A stretch of DNA of 64,000 nucleotides. Source: an uncultured delta proteobacterium. GTDB taxonomy: Bacteria > Desulfobacterota > Desulfobacteria > Desulfobacterales > B30-G6. The notes below the pieces were generated by a model. The model ran no database searches. It worked only from the letters and a program-made list of their open reading frames with translations, and was not told the DNA's origin. Both the position numbers and the translations under genes were made by a program. Positions 1-11,385 of the stretch are shown here, piece after piece; within the stretch, counting starts at the first letter, position 1; the number at the start of each line of letters is the position of its first letter. Where the stretch lies: the NCBI GenBank assembly GCA_963823335.1, contig CAWGLD010000004.1:96001-160000 (forward strand), written 5' to 3'.

Positions 1-271
1 AGGGCCTGCAGACGGCAGGGTATTCAGCGACATCACTTGAAATAACATGATTGGGCACCAGGGCCTTCATGGCCTCGAACCAGAACAAAGATATCTGGGT
101 CAGGATAATGCCCTTCCCCGGAACCGGATCGTTCATGATGACATCGAATGCGGAAATCCTGTCTGTTGCCACCATCAACAAGGCATCATCCAGGTCATAT
201 ACATCACGCACCTTACCCCTTTTCAACAGTTTCAAATCTTTAAAGTCTGTTTCCAGAACATGTTGACGCAT
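1..271 (-). CDS. purC: Phosphoribosylaminoimidazole-succinocarboxamide (SAICAR) synthase, 5' part; runs off the window edge
   Basis: Not in the ORF track. Manual translation from ATG at 271 gives [27 protein letters not shown]...[19 protein letters not shown], containing the PurC GKVRD and TDRISAFD motifs. Confidence 0.93.
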   Translation of the reverse strand, partial: MRQHVLETDFKDLKLLKRGKVRDVYDLDDALLMVATDRISAFDVIMNDPVPGKGIILTQISLFWFEAMKALVPNHVISSDVAEYPAVCRP

Positions 272-294
272 GATCACAATACCTTTCAATTCAA

Positions 295-645
295 TTATTT
301 TTTGAACACGTCAATGAATTTAAGCAGAATCATCCGTTCCTTATCATTGATCTTTGAAAACTGGATACCCGCCTCATAAGTATCTTTGGCTCTTTCTTTC
401 AGGAAAATGATCTGCCCTTCAATATTGACGAGTTCTTCTTCGATGCCGATGGTTATCGAAATACCTGTCTGGGGATCAATGCGTTTGTAGGTTTCGAGCA
501 ACATGCCGGATTCCGACACATTGAGTGTTCTGCCCATACCCTGATGACATGGCTCACCGTCTTCACCCATACAGACATAACTCAGAAGGTTCGTCGATTC
601 TACCCGTATAGATTTACGTTTATCGCTGTCATTCATCCTGTCCAC
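295..645 (-). CDS. PilZ-domain protein (putative c-di-GMP receptor)
   Basis: KRKSIR (RxxxR) and NVSESG (D/NxSxxG) motifs; 116 aa. Confidence 0.85.
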   Translation of the reverse strand: MDRMNDSDKRKSIRVESTNLLSYVCMGEDGEPCHQGMGRTLNVSESGMLLETYKRIDPQTGISITIGIEEELVNIEGQIIFLKERAKDTYEAGIQFSKINDKERMILLKFIDVFKK

Positions 646-669
646 CTGTCGTTGGGATGATTCTGTCCA

Positions 670-1839
670 TTAGCTCATCAATTCTTTCTGCCGATTGTTC
701 AGTACCTTTGTTAAGAAATGAGTGCATGTCGCGATATTATCAATAAAATTCTTGAAGGAGGTGGAAATGTTGTCGTATTCCTGTTGGATGATATCCGGGT
801 TAAGTGTCTGAATTTTCAGGTCTTTTGAGGCCAGCACAGAGGCAAATTCAGGTTCATGACCAAGATCTAAAAATGGTATATAACCAAAAAAATCATCACG
901 TTCCAGATGCGCTAAAGGCACAAAACCATCATCGGTTTTCTGAACCAGCGATGCTTTGCCGTGTTGAACACGGAACAAGCGTCTCTCATCGTCGCCCTGC
1001 TCGATTACCTTCTGGCGATACTTCAGATAGTCATCAAGATCTATCTGTTTCGTTGAATACTCCACCACTCGATCGGTGACATGACGCAATCTCCTGTCCA
1101 GGCTCATGACAAATGCCTTGAACTCGTATGACATCTTAGAATATTCCTGGGCAAGCCGTTGTGAGTCGAGAACACCCAGTTGAACATCTCCCACGGCCTT
1201 GGCGGAATACATCCGCGAATGATTTCGCACCAGGAAAGACGATATACTGCCGACAAAGGAGCCGTTTCCGATCTGACAAAGTGTCAAAGGTCCTGAATCG
1301 GTCTCCCTGATGATATCAATGACACCCTCGAGAACCACCCATACCCAGTTGCCGTGTCTACCCTCTTGCAGTATGGTATCACCGTCATGAAACTCTTCTT
1401 CATCGACAACATACATATAATCGATCAAAGGGCCCCAAATAATCGGAAGCGCTGCACCGAAATCAGAATACTTGGCTGTTCGAGTGTCCACGGAGACCGG
1501 CCCCAGTCTTTCGGTGTGACCTTCGTCCAGCATCTTCAGACCATCCAAAATGATCCCCATGCGTCCTTTGGTGATGACCCTTTCACTCGTTACACGCGTC
1601 GTTGTAAACTCAAATTCACCATCGGTCCAGCCAAACAGCGAGTAAAGCGCATCCAGTCCCGAAAGCATGCCGCAAGAAGCATTGATTGGATTCCCGTTGT
1701 CAAAATAAATAATGCCGGGTTCGGGCGCATATGGGCTTATGATCCGTAATATACCTGAACTACCGTTCCCGCCCAGAAGCTGCATGAGATCGCCGAGGTT
1801 TAGAAATTTGATGTTTCCCTTTAGTTTCTCTTCTTTCAT
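670..1839 (-). CDS. DUF4388 plus tandem cyclic-nucleotide-binding domain protein
   Basis: N-terminal LKGNIKFLNLGDLMQLL..SGILRI..G.IYF.NG..W..GEFEF is DUF4388-like; two cNMP-like repeats follow (GDTILQEG..VVLEGVIDI; VIEQGD..LFRVQHGKA). Confidence 0.75.
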   Translation of the reverse strand: MKEEKLKGNIKFLNLGDLMQLLGGNGSSGILRIISPYAPEPGIIYFDNGNPINASCGMLSGLDALYSLFGWTDGEFEFTTTRVTSERVITKGRMGIILDGLKMLDEGHTERLGPVSVDTRTAKYSDFGAALPIIWGPLIDYMYVVDEEEFHDGDTILQEGRHGNWVWVVLEGVIDIIRETDSGPLTLCQIGNGSFVGSISSFLVRNHSRMYSAKAVGDVQLGVLDSQRLAQEYSKMSYEFKAFVMSLDRRLRHVTDRVVEYSTKQIDLDDYLKYRQKVIEQGDDERRLFRVQHGKASLVQKTDDGFVPLAHLERDDFFGYIPFLDLGHEPEFASVLASKDLKIQTLNPDIIQQEYDNISTSFKNFIDNIATCTHFLTKVLNNRQKELMS

Positions 1840-1846
1840 CGAATAC

Positions 1847-2461
1847 CTACTGTGCCCATTTTAATTCTTTTTGCAAAGCTTTTAACGTCATCTGAATGCA
1901 TTCTTTCAGCGTATCTCCGACTCCGGTGCCCTTGGTGGCGCTACCCGGAAATGCGGGGACCTTTAACTGGCGATTGAGGTCTTTCTCCATTTGCTCTATC
2001 GACATCAAGGGAATGCCTTCATCCGCCAGATCTCTTTTATTGTATTGAAGCACCAGCGGTATTTTGAAGATATTCAGGCCGTACTCCTTTAAATTCTTCT
2101 GCAGGTCTTTGAGAGACAGCATATTTTTTTCTCGTCTGACCTCAAGGGAATCGGCCACGAAAACAATACCATCAACACCCCTGAGAACCAGTTTACGGGT
2201 CGCAGTGTATTGCACCTGCCCTGGTACTGTATACAGCTGCACCTTGATATCACACCCCCTGATCTTGCCAAAACCCATGGGAAGAAAATCAAAAAAGAGC
2301 GTTCGGTCACCTTCTGTGTTAATGGAAACCATCTCACCGGTTATCTGTTTCGAATACTTTTTGAATACATATTCCAGATTCGTGGTTTTGCCACCACGGC
2401 CCGGGCCATAATAGACAATCTTGCATTCGATTTCTCTTTTTTTCAGGTTAAATATGGCCAT
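1847..2461 (-). CDS. mglA: MglA-family small GTPase
   Basis: KIVYYGPGRGGKTTNL, RTLFFDF, LYTVPGQV and NKRDL are MglA signature motifs; start MAIFNLKK is preferred over 2476. Confidence 0.88.
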   Translation of the reverse strand: MAIFNLKKREIECKIVYYGPGRGGKTTNLEYVFKKYSKQITGEMVSINTEGDRTLFFDFLPMGFGKIRGCDIKVQLYTVPGQVQYTATRKLVLRGVDGIVFVADSLEVRREKNMLSLKDLQKNLKEYGLNIFKIPLVLQYNKRDLADEGIPLMSIEQMEKDLNRQLKVPAFPGSATKGTGVGDTLKECIQMTLKALQKELKWAQ

Positions 2462-2577
2462 ATGGTACGACTCCAAATGAAGAAATAAAATCGCATAACG
2501 ATTTTATACAACGCGACAGGAATTTAGTTGAATTTTTTTTATACCACAATCAACTGTTGCCCAAAAGCCCTTTCTTA

Positions 2578-3495
2578 CTATTTGCTCGTGATCTTTATAT
2601 CAAGACAAAAATCTCCCTGTTTGGGACCGGATTTAATTTCTGATTTAGCGGCTACAGTACCGGACCCGCTGAACATGGCTATGGGGGAAAAAAACTGAAG
2701 ATCTGCTAATGCATCACCATCTTGAATGTGTTCAATGGTTTTAGCATTATTCTTGGAAATAATCAGACTGAGCATATTACCCGATTGAAAGTTTACGTCA
2801 AATTCAACAACCTTGCCTTTTGCAGGTCCCTCATTAAAATAGACGCCGATAGAGCTTATATCGATAAATTCTTCTTCCTCAGGCTCCTGGAGCGTTTCCT
2901 CCTTAATCATCAGCGAAGTGAGATCTCTCTGGATGCCCTTGCTTTTCAGTATCTCCACAAGAAAGAGACGAATTTTCTCCAACTGGCCTGGAGAGAACGG
3001 CCCGTTTAAGGCCCATTCTTCATATTGATCCGCAGCAGCATTCTCAGAATTGAGTTGGATGTGGCACCGCAATACATTCTTAGCGGCCACAACCCGATGT
3101 GATTCTTTGTCGATCAGTTTCTTGAATTCGATCAATGCCCGCTCAAACTGCCCGAATTTTGCAAGGGCGATTGCCCCTTCCAGAATCGCTTCTTCTTTAC
3201 TGTCCGTCTTTGAAAATGAGAACAGATTCTTGATAAGATCCTGGGCTTTTTCCGAAAGCTCAGGTGACGATGGCCCTTTTTCAACCCGTTGGGTATCTGA
3301 ATCCAGCAGTCGGATCTTGTTGGCGATGCCTGTAAGGACCTTCTCTTTGTTCTGAATTCTGTCGTGCTCTCGAACCCGTTGCCCGGCTTCGGTATATTTA
3401 CCTCTCGCTTCGTCAAGCAGGCCATGTTTTTTATAAAGGTCGGCCTCCTGAAGCAGCCTCTTGATGGATTCCTTAAATCCCATTATTTCCCTCAT
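2578..3495 (-). CDS. TPR-like hypothetical protein
   Basis: Helical repeats (EADLYKKHGLLDEARGKY; AIALAKFGQFERALIEF) and a beta-rich C-terminal domain. Confidence 0.55.
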   Translation of the reverse strand: MREIMGFKESIKRLLQEADLYKKHGLLDEARGKYTEAGQRVREHDRIQNKEKVLTGIANKIRLLDSDTQRVEKGPSSPELSEKAQDLIKNLFSFSKTDSKEEAILEGAIALAKFGQFERALIEFKKLIDKESHRVVAAKNVLRCHIQLNSENAAADQYEEWALNGPFSPGQLEKIRLFLVEILKSKGIQRDLTSLMIKEETLQEPEEEEFIDISSIGVYFNEGPAKGKVVEFDVNFQSGNMLSLIISKNNAKTIEHIQDGDALADLQFFSPIAMFSGSGTVAAKSEIKSGPKQGDFCLDIKITSK

Positions 3496-3520
3496 TATCG
3501 TATACGTCGCTCAACGATTA

Positions 3521-3596
3521 TTGAAGAACCTCGCAGCATGCGTAGCACTGCCGAACGGCAGAACCTACGGGGAATGCACTCGCCGTTGCGGTTCAA
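3521..3596. repeat. Short palindromic (REP/MITE-like) element TTGAAGAACC..CGCAGCA..CTACGGGGAATGC.CTCGC..CGGTTCAA
   Basis: A longer relative lies at 43275-43393, and a related GC hairpin element at 25150-25254. Confidence 0.7.
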
Positions 3597-3821
3597 ACGC
3601 GATCCAGTCGCTCTAAATCGAAAGGTGCTACAGCCCTTGGCTGCTTAACCCACCCATTTCATAGCATGACTGATTTTATATCTTTCTAACCCGCAATCTA
3701 GCTCTTTATCCTGTTTTCATATAAAATGTCAATAATTGAACTACATATAAATGTATTGACATCGATATCGAGTGTGCTAAAAAATTAAATTTCGCGACAA
3801 ATTTATGAAATGTGACATGAC

Positions 3822-5029
<1,208 letters not shown>

Positions 5030-5036
5030 ACAACAA

Positions 5037-5190
5037 ATGAACATCGAACGTCCAACGTCCAACATCGAATTTTGAATGGGTAAGAATGAAGAAACAGACT
5101 TATTCTTTAGATAGAAAAACCGCTCGATTTTTCGACATTGTCTTTATTCTTTTCATTCGACGTTCGATGTTCGATGTTCGATGTTCATCT
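5037..5190 (+). mobile_element. Family A (heptamer-arm) cassette, internally deleted copy A1
   Basis: Left arm ATGAACATCGAACGTCCAACGTCCAACATCGAATTTTGAATG; right arm TTCATTCGACGTTCGATGTTCGATGTTCGATGTTCATCT; the interior resembles the 5' end of the gene at 20948. Confidence 0.85.
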
Positions 5191-7026
5191 TTATTTTCCC
5201 AATCCCTTTTTCAATGCCTGAGCTAACTTGCGATTCATCCCGGGCAGGGCTGCCAGAACGTCCAAATCCGCCGCTCCCACCGACTCGACACTCCCGAAAT
5301 ATTTCAGCAACAGCGCTTTTTTCTTTGGACCCACACCATGAATATCATCCAGCGCCGAATGCATGGCCTGCTTGCCGCGTAGTTTTCTATGATACTGAAT
5401 AGCAAAGCGGTGCGCCTCATCCCTGACTTTTTGCAATAAAAGAAGACCATCCAGATCCCTCCCAAACGATACTGGATTGGCCCTTCCCCTCTGGTAGATC
5501 TTGTCCCTGACTTCGCCTTTTTTTTCATCTCTCTTTGCAATACCAACAATCTCGAAACGCTCGATCAGCCCCAGTCTATTGATGATATCACCTGCAATGT
5601 TCAGCTGTCCTTTGCCGCCATCAACCACCAGAAGATCGGGCGCAGGGTCGCGTTTCTGGGTCTTGCCGTATCGCCGTCCCAATACCTCAGCCATTGCTGC
5701 GTAATCATCGTGCATTTTGGCTGTGGTAAGACGGTATGTGCGATAAGCCGTTCTTTTCGGTCGTCCGTTTTCAAATACCACCATACCGGAGACCGATGCC
5801 CGGCCGAATATATGGGAGTTGTCGAAGCACTCTATTCTTCTTGGCAGACGCTCCATCTTCAGACGTTTTTTGAGTCGCATCAATAACGCCATATCGGCGG
5901 CGTTGGATGCCAATGATTCCCGCAATCCATTTTCCGCATTTTCCATGGCCATCAAAAGGAGACCTTTTTTCTCTCCTCTCCGAGGATGGTGAACCTTAAC
6001 CTTGCCCCCCCTGGACTCTTTCAGTATGCCTTCGATAATTTCTGCATCTTCAAGATAATGGGATACGAGAATTTCCGGTGGGATCATGTATGCCTGTTCA
6101 TAAAACTGACGCAAAAATCCGGCAAGAATACCCTCTTCCGTAGCCAGAACCTTTTCAAAAACAAATTGACGTTTCCCCAAGAGAAAACCACCTCGGACAT
6201 ACAACATGGCTATCATGGCATGGTCTGAAGATGTCACCAGTGCAATGACATCCCGATCCCTCAAGTCGGTGCATACTGAAAGCTGCTTTTCAAGGGTCTT
6301 TTCAAGGGCAAAGAGTTTATCTCGCAATTCTGCGGCTTTTTCATATTGCTCCAATTCCGCCTGTAGATTCATCTCTTTCTTTATTTTCATGATCAGGTCT
6401 GGTGTTCGTCCATTCAGAAACAAAACGACTTCCTGTATCAAGGCACCATAAGTTTTTTTGTCGACATCCATACAACAGGGAGCAAGGCATCGTCGCATCT
6501 GATAGTGCAGGCAGGGTCTTGTTCTCTGGCTGAATTCCCTGTCCGAGCACTTGCGAAGCTTGAAGGTCCGGTTCACAATTTTAAGGGATTGCCTCACCGC
6601 CCCTGCCGATGTAAAAGGGCCGAAATAAAGGGTTCCGTCTTTTCTGATTTTCCGGACGATGGATATTTTTGGGTACGAATGGCGTGTGTTTATACGCAGG
6701 CAAGGATAGCGCTTATCGTCTTTCAGAATAACATTATATCTGGGTCTGTATTTCTTGATCAGATTTGACTCGAGGATCAGGGCTTCCTTTTCAGATCCGA
6801 CAAGAATAATATCGAAAGCAGCCACCCTGCTCACCAGAACGCTTATCTTGGAATCCGTATGTTTTGATTTTGAAAAATAGGATGCCAGTCGCTTCTTCAG
6901 CTGCGCCGCTTTCCCCACGTATATAATCTTACCCTCAATGTCCTTCAGCAGGTAGACACCCGGTCCTGAAGGTGTTCTTGAAAATTGTTTTTGTATGTCT
7001 GAAATAGCTGATAGCTCAGAGGTCAT
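5191..7026 (-). CDS. uvrC: Excinuclease ABC subunit C
   Basis: GIY-YIG domain (PGVYL..IIYVGKA), RIECFDNSH, DGGKGQL, RDEAHRFA and C-terminal HhH. Confidence 0.97.
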   Translation of the reverse strand: MTSELSAISDIQKQFSRTPSGPGVYLLKDIEGKIIYVGKAAQLKKRLASYFSKSKHTDSKISVLVSRVAAFDIILVGSEKEALILESNLIKKYRPRYNVILKDDKRYPCLRINTRHSYPKISIVRKIRKDGTLYFGPFTSAGAVRQSLKIVNRTFKLRKCSDREFSQRTRPCLHYQMRRCLAPCCMDVDKKTYGALIQEVVLFLNGRTPDLIMKIKKEMNLQAELEQYEKAAELRDKLFALEKTLEKQLSVCTDLRDRDVIALVTSSDHAMIAMLYVRGGFLLGKRQFVFEKVLATEEGILAGFLRQFYEQAYMIPPEILVSHYLEDAEIIEGILKESRGGKVKVHHPRRGEKKGLLLMAMENAENGLRESLASNAADMALLMRLKKRLKMERLPRRIECFDNSHIFGRASVSGMVVFENGRPKRTAYRTYRLTTAKMHDDYAAMAEVLGRRYGKTQKRDPAPDLLVVDGGKGQLNIAGDIINRLGLIERFEIVGIAKRDEKKGEVRDKIYQRGRANPVSFGRDLDGLLLLQKVRDEAHRFAIQYHRKLRGKQAMHSALDDIHGVGPKKKALLLKYFGSVESVGAADLDVLAALPGMNRKLAQALKKGLGK

Positions 7027-7034
7027 AGCTTACT

Positions 7035-9029
7035 TTATAACTCAAACAACATGGCTTTTTTCAATTCTGCAATCTGGTCACGGAGGATCGCGGCCCTTTC
7101 AAATGCGAGTTCCTTTGCGGCCGCTTTCATTTCCGCTTCCATCTGCTTTAGGGCTGTTTCGAGACTCACTTCGCTGTCATAGCCCTGTAGGCGCTCTGAC
7201 ACCTTGTCCAAATCGAGATAGTCTGCATCAGCTCCGGTTGAAAACGAACCAGCGATCTCTTTTTGAATTGATTTGGGGGTAATTCCGTGAGTGTCGTTAT
7301 AGGTTTTCTGAATCGTGCGTCTTCTGTTTGTCTCGTCAATCGCCCTCTGCATGGAATCCGTTATGACATCGGCGTACATGATGACACATCCGCTGAGATT
7401 TCGAGCGGCACGACCACATGTCTGTATCAAAGATCGCGTAGAACGTAGAAATCCTTCCTTGTCAGCATCGAGAATGGCAACCAGGGATACTTCGGGGATG
7501 TCCAGGCCTTCACGGAGAAGGTTGATACCGACCAGAACATCAAACCTGCCCATGCGAAGATCCCTGATAATATCCATCCGCTCCAGCGTGTTGATATCCG
7601 CATGCAGGTATCTGACCTTCACTTCAAGGTCAGAATAGTATTCGGTTAAATCCTCGGCCATCCGTTTGGTCAGCGTGGTGACAAGTACCCTTTCCTTCTT
7701 TTGACTACGCCCGCGAATCTCCATGAGCAGGTTATCTACCTGGTTTTTGGCACTTCGAACGACAATTTCAGGATCCAGCAACCCGGTTGGGCGAACAATC
7801 TGTTCGGCGATTGCGTGGGACCCTTTTTCCAATTCATATTCAGCAGGTGTCGCCGACACATAGACAGCCTGCTTTATTTTTGAGACGGTCTCCTCAAATT
7901 TCAGCGGCCGGTTGTCAAGTGCGGAAGGAAGACGGAAACCGTATTCCACCAGCGTCATTTTTCGGGATCGGTCCCCTTTGTACATGGCCCGCAGCTGTGG
8001 AACGGCAATATGACTTTCATCGATGAACAGGAGGTAGTCCTCCGGAAAGTAATCTAGAAGTGTGGGCGGAGGGTCCCCCACCGACCGACCGGTAAAATGA
8101 CGGGAATAATTTTCAATCCCATTGCAGTACCCGATTTCCTGGATCATCTCCATATCAAACTGGGTCCTTTCTTCGATCCGTTGTTCCTCGATGTATTTTT
8201 TCGTCTCCCTGAAGCTTTGTACACGCTCCTTCAGCTCTTGCTGAATCGTCTGGACCGCTCTTCGTCTTTTCCTGGCCTGCATGACGTAGTGGCTAGCAGG
8301 GAAAATGGCGGTTCGCCGAATTCTTCGGTGGACAGTTCCTTTCAGGGCATCGATTTCTGAGATGGATTCAATCTGGTCTCCAAAAAAGTCGATGCGTACG
8401 GCAAGGCTTTCTTCATAGGCGGGAAACACCTCCAGGCGGTCTCCGCGAACTCTGAAAACTCCCCGATGAAAATCCATGTCATTTCTTTCGTACTGCATGG
8501 CAACGAGTCGGGCCAGAACGGTATCCCGACCAATCTCCAGACCTTCTTCGATTTCGACCTTCATGGACAGGTATTCCTCAGGTTCTCCCAGCCCAAAAAT
8601 ACAGGAAACACTGGCCACCACGATGACATCCTGACGCGTCAAAACCGATCGGGTAGCGGAATGCCGCATTTTATCGATCATCTCATTGATGGAGGAATCT
8701 TTTTGGATATAGGTGTCACTGGAGGGAATGTAAGCTTCCGGCTGGTAGTAATCGTAATAAGAAACAAAGTACTCGACAGCATTTTCCGGGAAAAGCGAAT
8801 GAAACTCATTGTAGAGCTGGGCAGCCAGTGTCTTGTTGGGAGCAAGCACCAGTGTAGGCTTGCCCACGATAGCAATCGTATGCGCCATGGTAAATGTTTT
8901 TCCGGAACCGGTCACACCCAACAGAACCTGATGCTGTTCACCACGCATCAAGTTTCCACTCAAGGTTTTTATGGCATCCGGCTGGTCACCCGTTGGTGTG
9001 AAGTCAGAAACTAGTTTGAAAGGGGGCAT
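7035..9029 (-). CDS. uvrB: Excinuclease ABC subunit B
   Basis: [22 protein letters not shown] and [10 protein letters not shown] motifs; C-terminal UVR domain. Confidence 0.98.
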   Translation of the reverse strand: MPPFKLVSDFTPTGDQPDAIKTLSGNLMRGEQHQVLLGVTGSGKTFTMAHTIAIVGKPTLVLAPNKTLAAQLYNEFHSLFPENAVEYFVSYYDYYQPEAYIPSSDTYIQKDSSINEMIDKMRHSATRSVLTRQDVIVVASVSCIFGLGEPEEYLSMKVEIEEGLEIGRDTVLARLVAMQYERNDMDFHRGVFRVRGDRLEVFPAYEESLAVRIDFFGDQIESISEIDALKGTVHRRIRRTAIFPASHYVMQARKRRRAVQTIQQELKERVQSFRETKKYIEEQRIEERTQFDMEMIQEIGYCNGIENYSRHFTGRSVGDPPPTLLDYFPEDYLLFIDESHIAVPQLRAMYKGDRSRKMTLVEYGFRLPSALDNRPLKFEETVSKIKQAVYVSATPAEYELEKGSHAIAEQIVRPTGLLDPEIVVRSAKNQVDNLLMEIRGRSQKKERVLVTTLTKRMAEDLTEYYSDLEVKVRYLHADINTLERMDIIRDLRMGRFDVLVGINLLREGLDIPEVSLVAILDADKEGFLRSTRSLIQTCGRAARNLSGCVIMYADVITDSMQRAIDETNRRRTIQKTYNDTHGITPKSIQKEIAGSFSTGADADYLDLDKVSERLQGYDSEVSLETALKQMEAEMKAAAKELAFERAAILRDQIAELKKAMLFEL

Positions 9030-9064
9030 GGGCTCAATTAGGATCTTACTATGATGAATTTATA

Positions 9065-9221
9065 AAAGATGAACATCGAACATTGAACATCGAACGTCCA
9101 ATGCTGAATGCAAAGAAAAGTTCAATATTGAATAATTAAGCAGTTTTTCCAAGACATACACCTGTTTCTTCATTTACCCCATTCAAAATTCGATGTTGGA
9201 CGTTCGATGTTCGACGTTCAT
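9065..9221 (-). mobile_element. Family A cassette, deleted copy A2; its ATG overlaps the cysS stop codon
   Basis: The minus strand reads ..GAC AAA TGA ACGTCGAACATCGAACGTCCAACATCGAATTTTGAATG..ATGAAGAAACAGGTGTATG; the opposite arm is at 9065-9109. Confidence 0.85.
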
Positions 9222-10666
9222 TTGTCAATTTCCCAGTGAGTCCCATCCGGACGGTCCTTGAGAACAATATTCATGGATGCCAGCTGTTCTCTGATCTGAT
9301 CGGCCCTTTGCCAGTTTTTCTCCTGTCTTGCAACCTCACGGTCAGCGATCAATGTTTCAATTAATTTTGCGTCGATTGTTTCCTGTGCCAGAACAGATTC
9401 ACGTTGAACATTGAAGTAGACATCCGGCGTATCGCCACCGATGCCCAGCACAGCCCCCATCCGCAGTATTTCCAATCTGATGGCGAACAGCGATAACAAC
9501 ACATCCCGGGTATTCATGCTGGTTTCATGCTCATCCATGATACGGTTGGCATGCCTTACGGCATTGAAGATGACGGCGATACCGTTGGCGGTATTGAAAT
9601 CATCATCCATAGCTCGACAAAAATCCTTCCAGAATGGCATGACTGCCGGTGTCGTAGAAGGCTTCTTCACCCCGGCGAGAGTCTCATCTATTCGAAGAAG
9701 CAGGGCATAAATCCGGTCCAGAGCAGTTCGTGACGCCTCCATGGAATCCTGGTTGAAATCAATAGGCTTTCGATACTGTTTCGAGAGCAGAAAAAGCCTG
9801 ATGGACTCTGGGTGGTAATGCTGAATGACATCTTTTATCATCCGGAAATTGCCCAGAGACTTGGACATTTTTTCCTTGTCTATATTCACAAACCCGTTAT
9901 GGATCCAGTATCGAACAAAATCACGTCCATGTACCGCCTCTGACTGGGCAATTTCATTTTCATGATGAGGGAATATCAGATCTCTGCCACCTCCATGAAT
10001 ATCGAAGGTTTCGCCCAGGTATTTGGCACTCATGGCCGAGCATTCGATGTGCCAACCCGGTCGCCCCTTCCCCCATGGGCTGTCCCATGACGGTTCACCC
10101 TCTTTTGCAGATTTCCAGAGAATAAAATCGAAGGGATTACCCTTGCGGGGGTCTACTTCCACGCGGGCCCCCGGATCCATGTCTTCCAGATGACGATTCG
10201 ATAATTTGCCATAGGCATCAAAGGTTTCAACAGCAAAAAAAACATCCCCATCGACCACGTAGGCAACCTTCTTTGCTATCAGCTTTTCGACGAGTTGAAT
10301 CACATCGTCAATATGCTCCGTTACCCTCGGCTCAAAACTGGCTCTTTCCACCTTCAGGGCATCCATGTCCCGGTAGAATTCCTCGATATATTTATCAGCC
10401 AGCGCTTTCGGATCCATACCGCTTTCTGCTGCACGACGTATGATCTTGTCGTCGATGTCGGTAAAATTTCTCACGTAGACAACGTCATAACCCTTGGTTT
10501 TCAAATATCGGGAGATCACGTCGAATACAACCACGGACCGGGCATGCCCAATGTGGCAGGAGTCATAAACCGTTGGTCCACAAACGTACATGAGCACCTT
10601 TTCAGGCTCAATGGTTTGGAACAATTCTTTCTTCTGGGTTAAGGTGTTATAGATGGAAATGGGCAT
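9218..10666 (-). CDS. cysS: Cysteine--tRNA ligase
   Basis: MYVCGPTVYD, HIGH, GRPGWHIECSAM and KMSKS motifs. Confidence 0.97.
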   Translation of the reverse strand: MPISIYNTLTQKKELFQTIEPEKVLMYVCGPTVYDSCHIGHARSVVVFDVISRYLKTKGYDVVYVRNFTDIDDKIIRRAAESGMDPKALADKYIEEFYRDMDALKVERASFEPRVTEHIDDVIQLVEKLIAKKVAYVVDGDVFFAVETFDAYGKLSNRHLEDMDPGARVEVDPRKGNPFDFILWKSAKEGEPSWDSPWGKGRPGWHIECSAMSAKYLGETFDIHGGGRDLIFPHHENEIAQSEAVHGRDFVRYWIHNGFVNIDKEKMSKSLGNFRMIKDVIQHYHPESIRLFLLSKQYRKPIDFNQDSMEASRTALDRIYALLLRIDETLAGVKKPSTTPAVMPFWKDFCRAMDDDFNTANGIAVIFNAVRHANRIMDEHETSMNTRDVLLSLFAIRLEILRMGAVLGIGGDTPDVYFNVQRESVLAQETIDAKLIETLIADREVARQEKNWQRADQIREQLASMNIVLKDRPDGTHWEIDK

Positions 10667-10744
10667 ATGTGTTATCTTTCTAAATAGTTATTTGTGATAC
10701 CATTATAAGTGCTTATCAACTTCTTGGGTGACTATTCTGAGTCA

Positions 10745-10900
10745 GGGTTTGAGGGGTGGAGGGGTGCGGCTTGCAGGATAATAGACAATAAACTGTATAT
10801 TACTAAACACCTAATAGTCTGCTGTCTACTACTTGTTGTCCGGGTATACCCTCCAACCCATCAAACCTCCAACCCTCCAACCCTTCAATCCTCCAACCCT
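10745..10900. repeat. Inverted octamer arms (GGGTTGGA / TCCAACCC family) overlapping the ispF 3' end
   Basis: GGGTTTGAGGGGTGGAGGGG at 10745 and ACCCTCCAACCCATCAAACCTCCAACCCTCCAACCCTTCAATCCTCCAACCCT at 10848-10900. Confidence 0.65.
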
Positions 10901-11385
10901 TCCTTAAGCAGTGCCACACACATGGCACCAATCCCTTCGCCTTTTCCAAAACAACCAAGTCCCTCATGTGTCGTGGCCTTAACATGCATACATGTGGCCG
11001 GAACCTCTAATGCATCGGCCATGTTCGACTGCATCTCATCCAAATAGGGTGCGAGCCTTGGTGACTCCGCTATGATAACGGCATCGGCATTCATAAGTGA
11101 AAAACCGTTCTTTTCCAAAAGACGCCCGGTCTTTCTCAACAAGTGAAGACTGGACACGTCTTTGTACTGCGGGTCTGTATCGGGAAAGAGCCGGCCGATA
11201 TCTCCCAAATGTGCGGCTCCCAGCAATGCATCGATCACCGCATGAATCAGCACATCCGCATCTGAATGCCCCAGCAACCCTTTTCCATAGGGTATATCGA
11301 CACCACCCAGTACCAGTTTTCTTCCCTGGGTCAATTGATGTACATCATAACCCATGCCGATTTTTATCACAGATAAAATCCTCAC
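10885..11385 (-). CDS. ispF: 2-C-methyl-D-erythritol 2,4-cyclodiphosphate synthase
   Basis: IGMGYDVH, GHSDADV, GDIG and KATT motifs. Confidence 0.95.
   Translation of the reverse strand: MRILSVIKIGMGYDVHQLTQGRKLVLGGVDIPYGKGLLGHSDADVLIHAVIDALLGAAHLGDIGRLFPDTDPQYKDVSSLHLLRKTGRLLEKNGFSLMNADAVIIAESPRLAPYLDEMQSNMADALEVPATCMHVKATTHEGLGCFGKGEGIGAMCVALLKEGLED

Noticed and set aside
5037-5190. Integron attC sites (GTCCAAC fits RYYYAAC and GTTGGAC fits GTTRRRY)
   Set aside because: Flanking genes are housekeeping genes, the cargo lies inside the inverted pair, many units break the consensus, and no IntI is seen; an IntegronFinder run would settle it.
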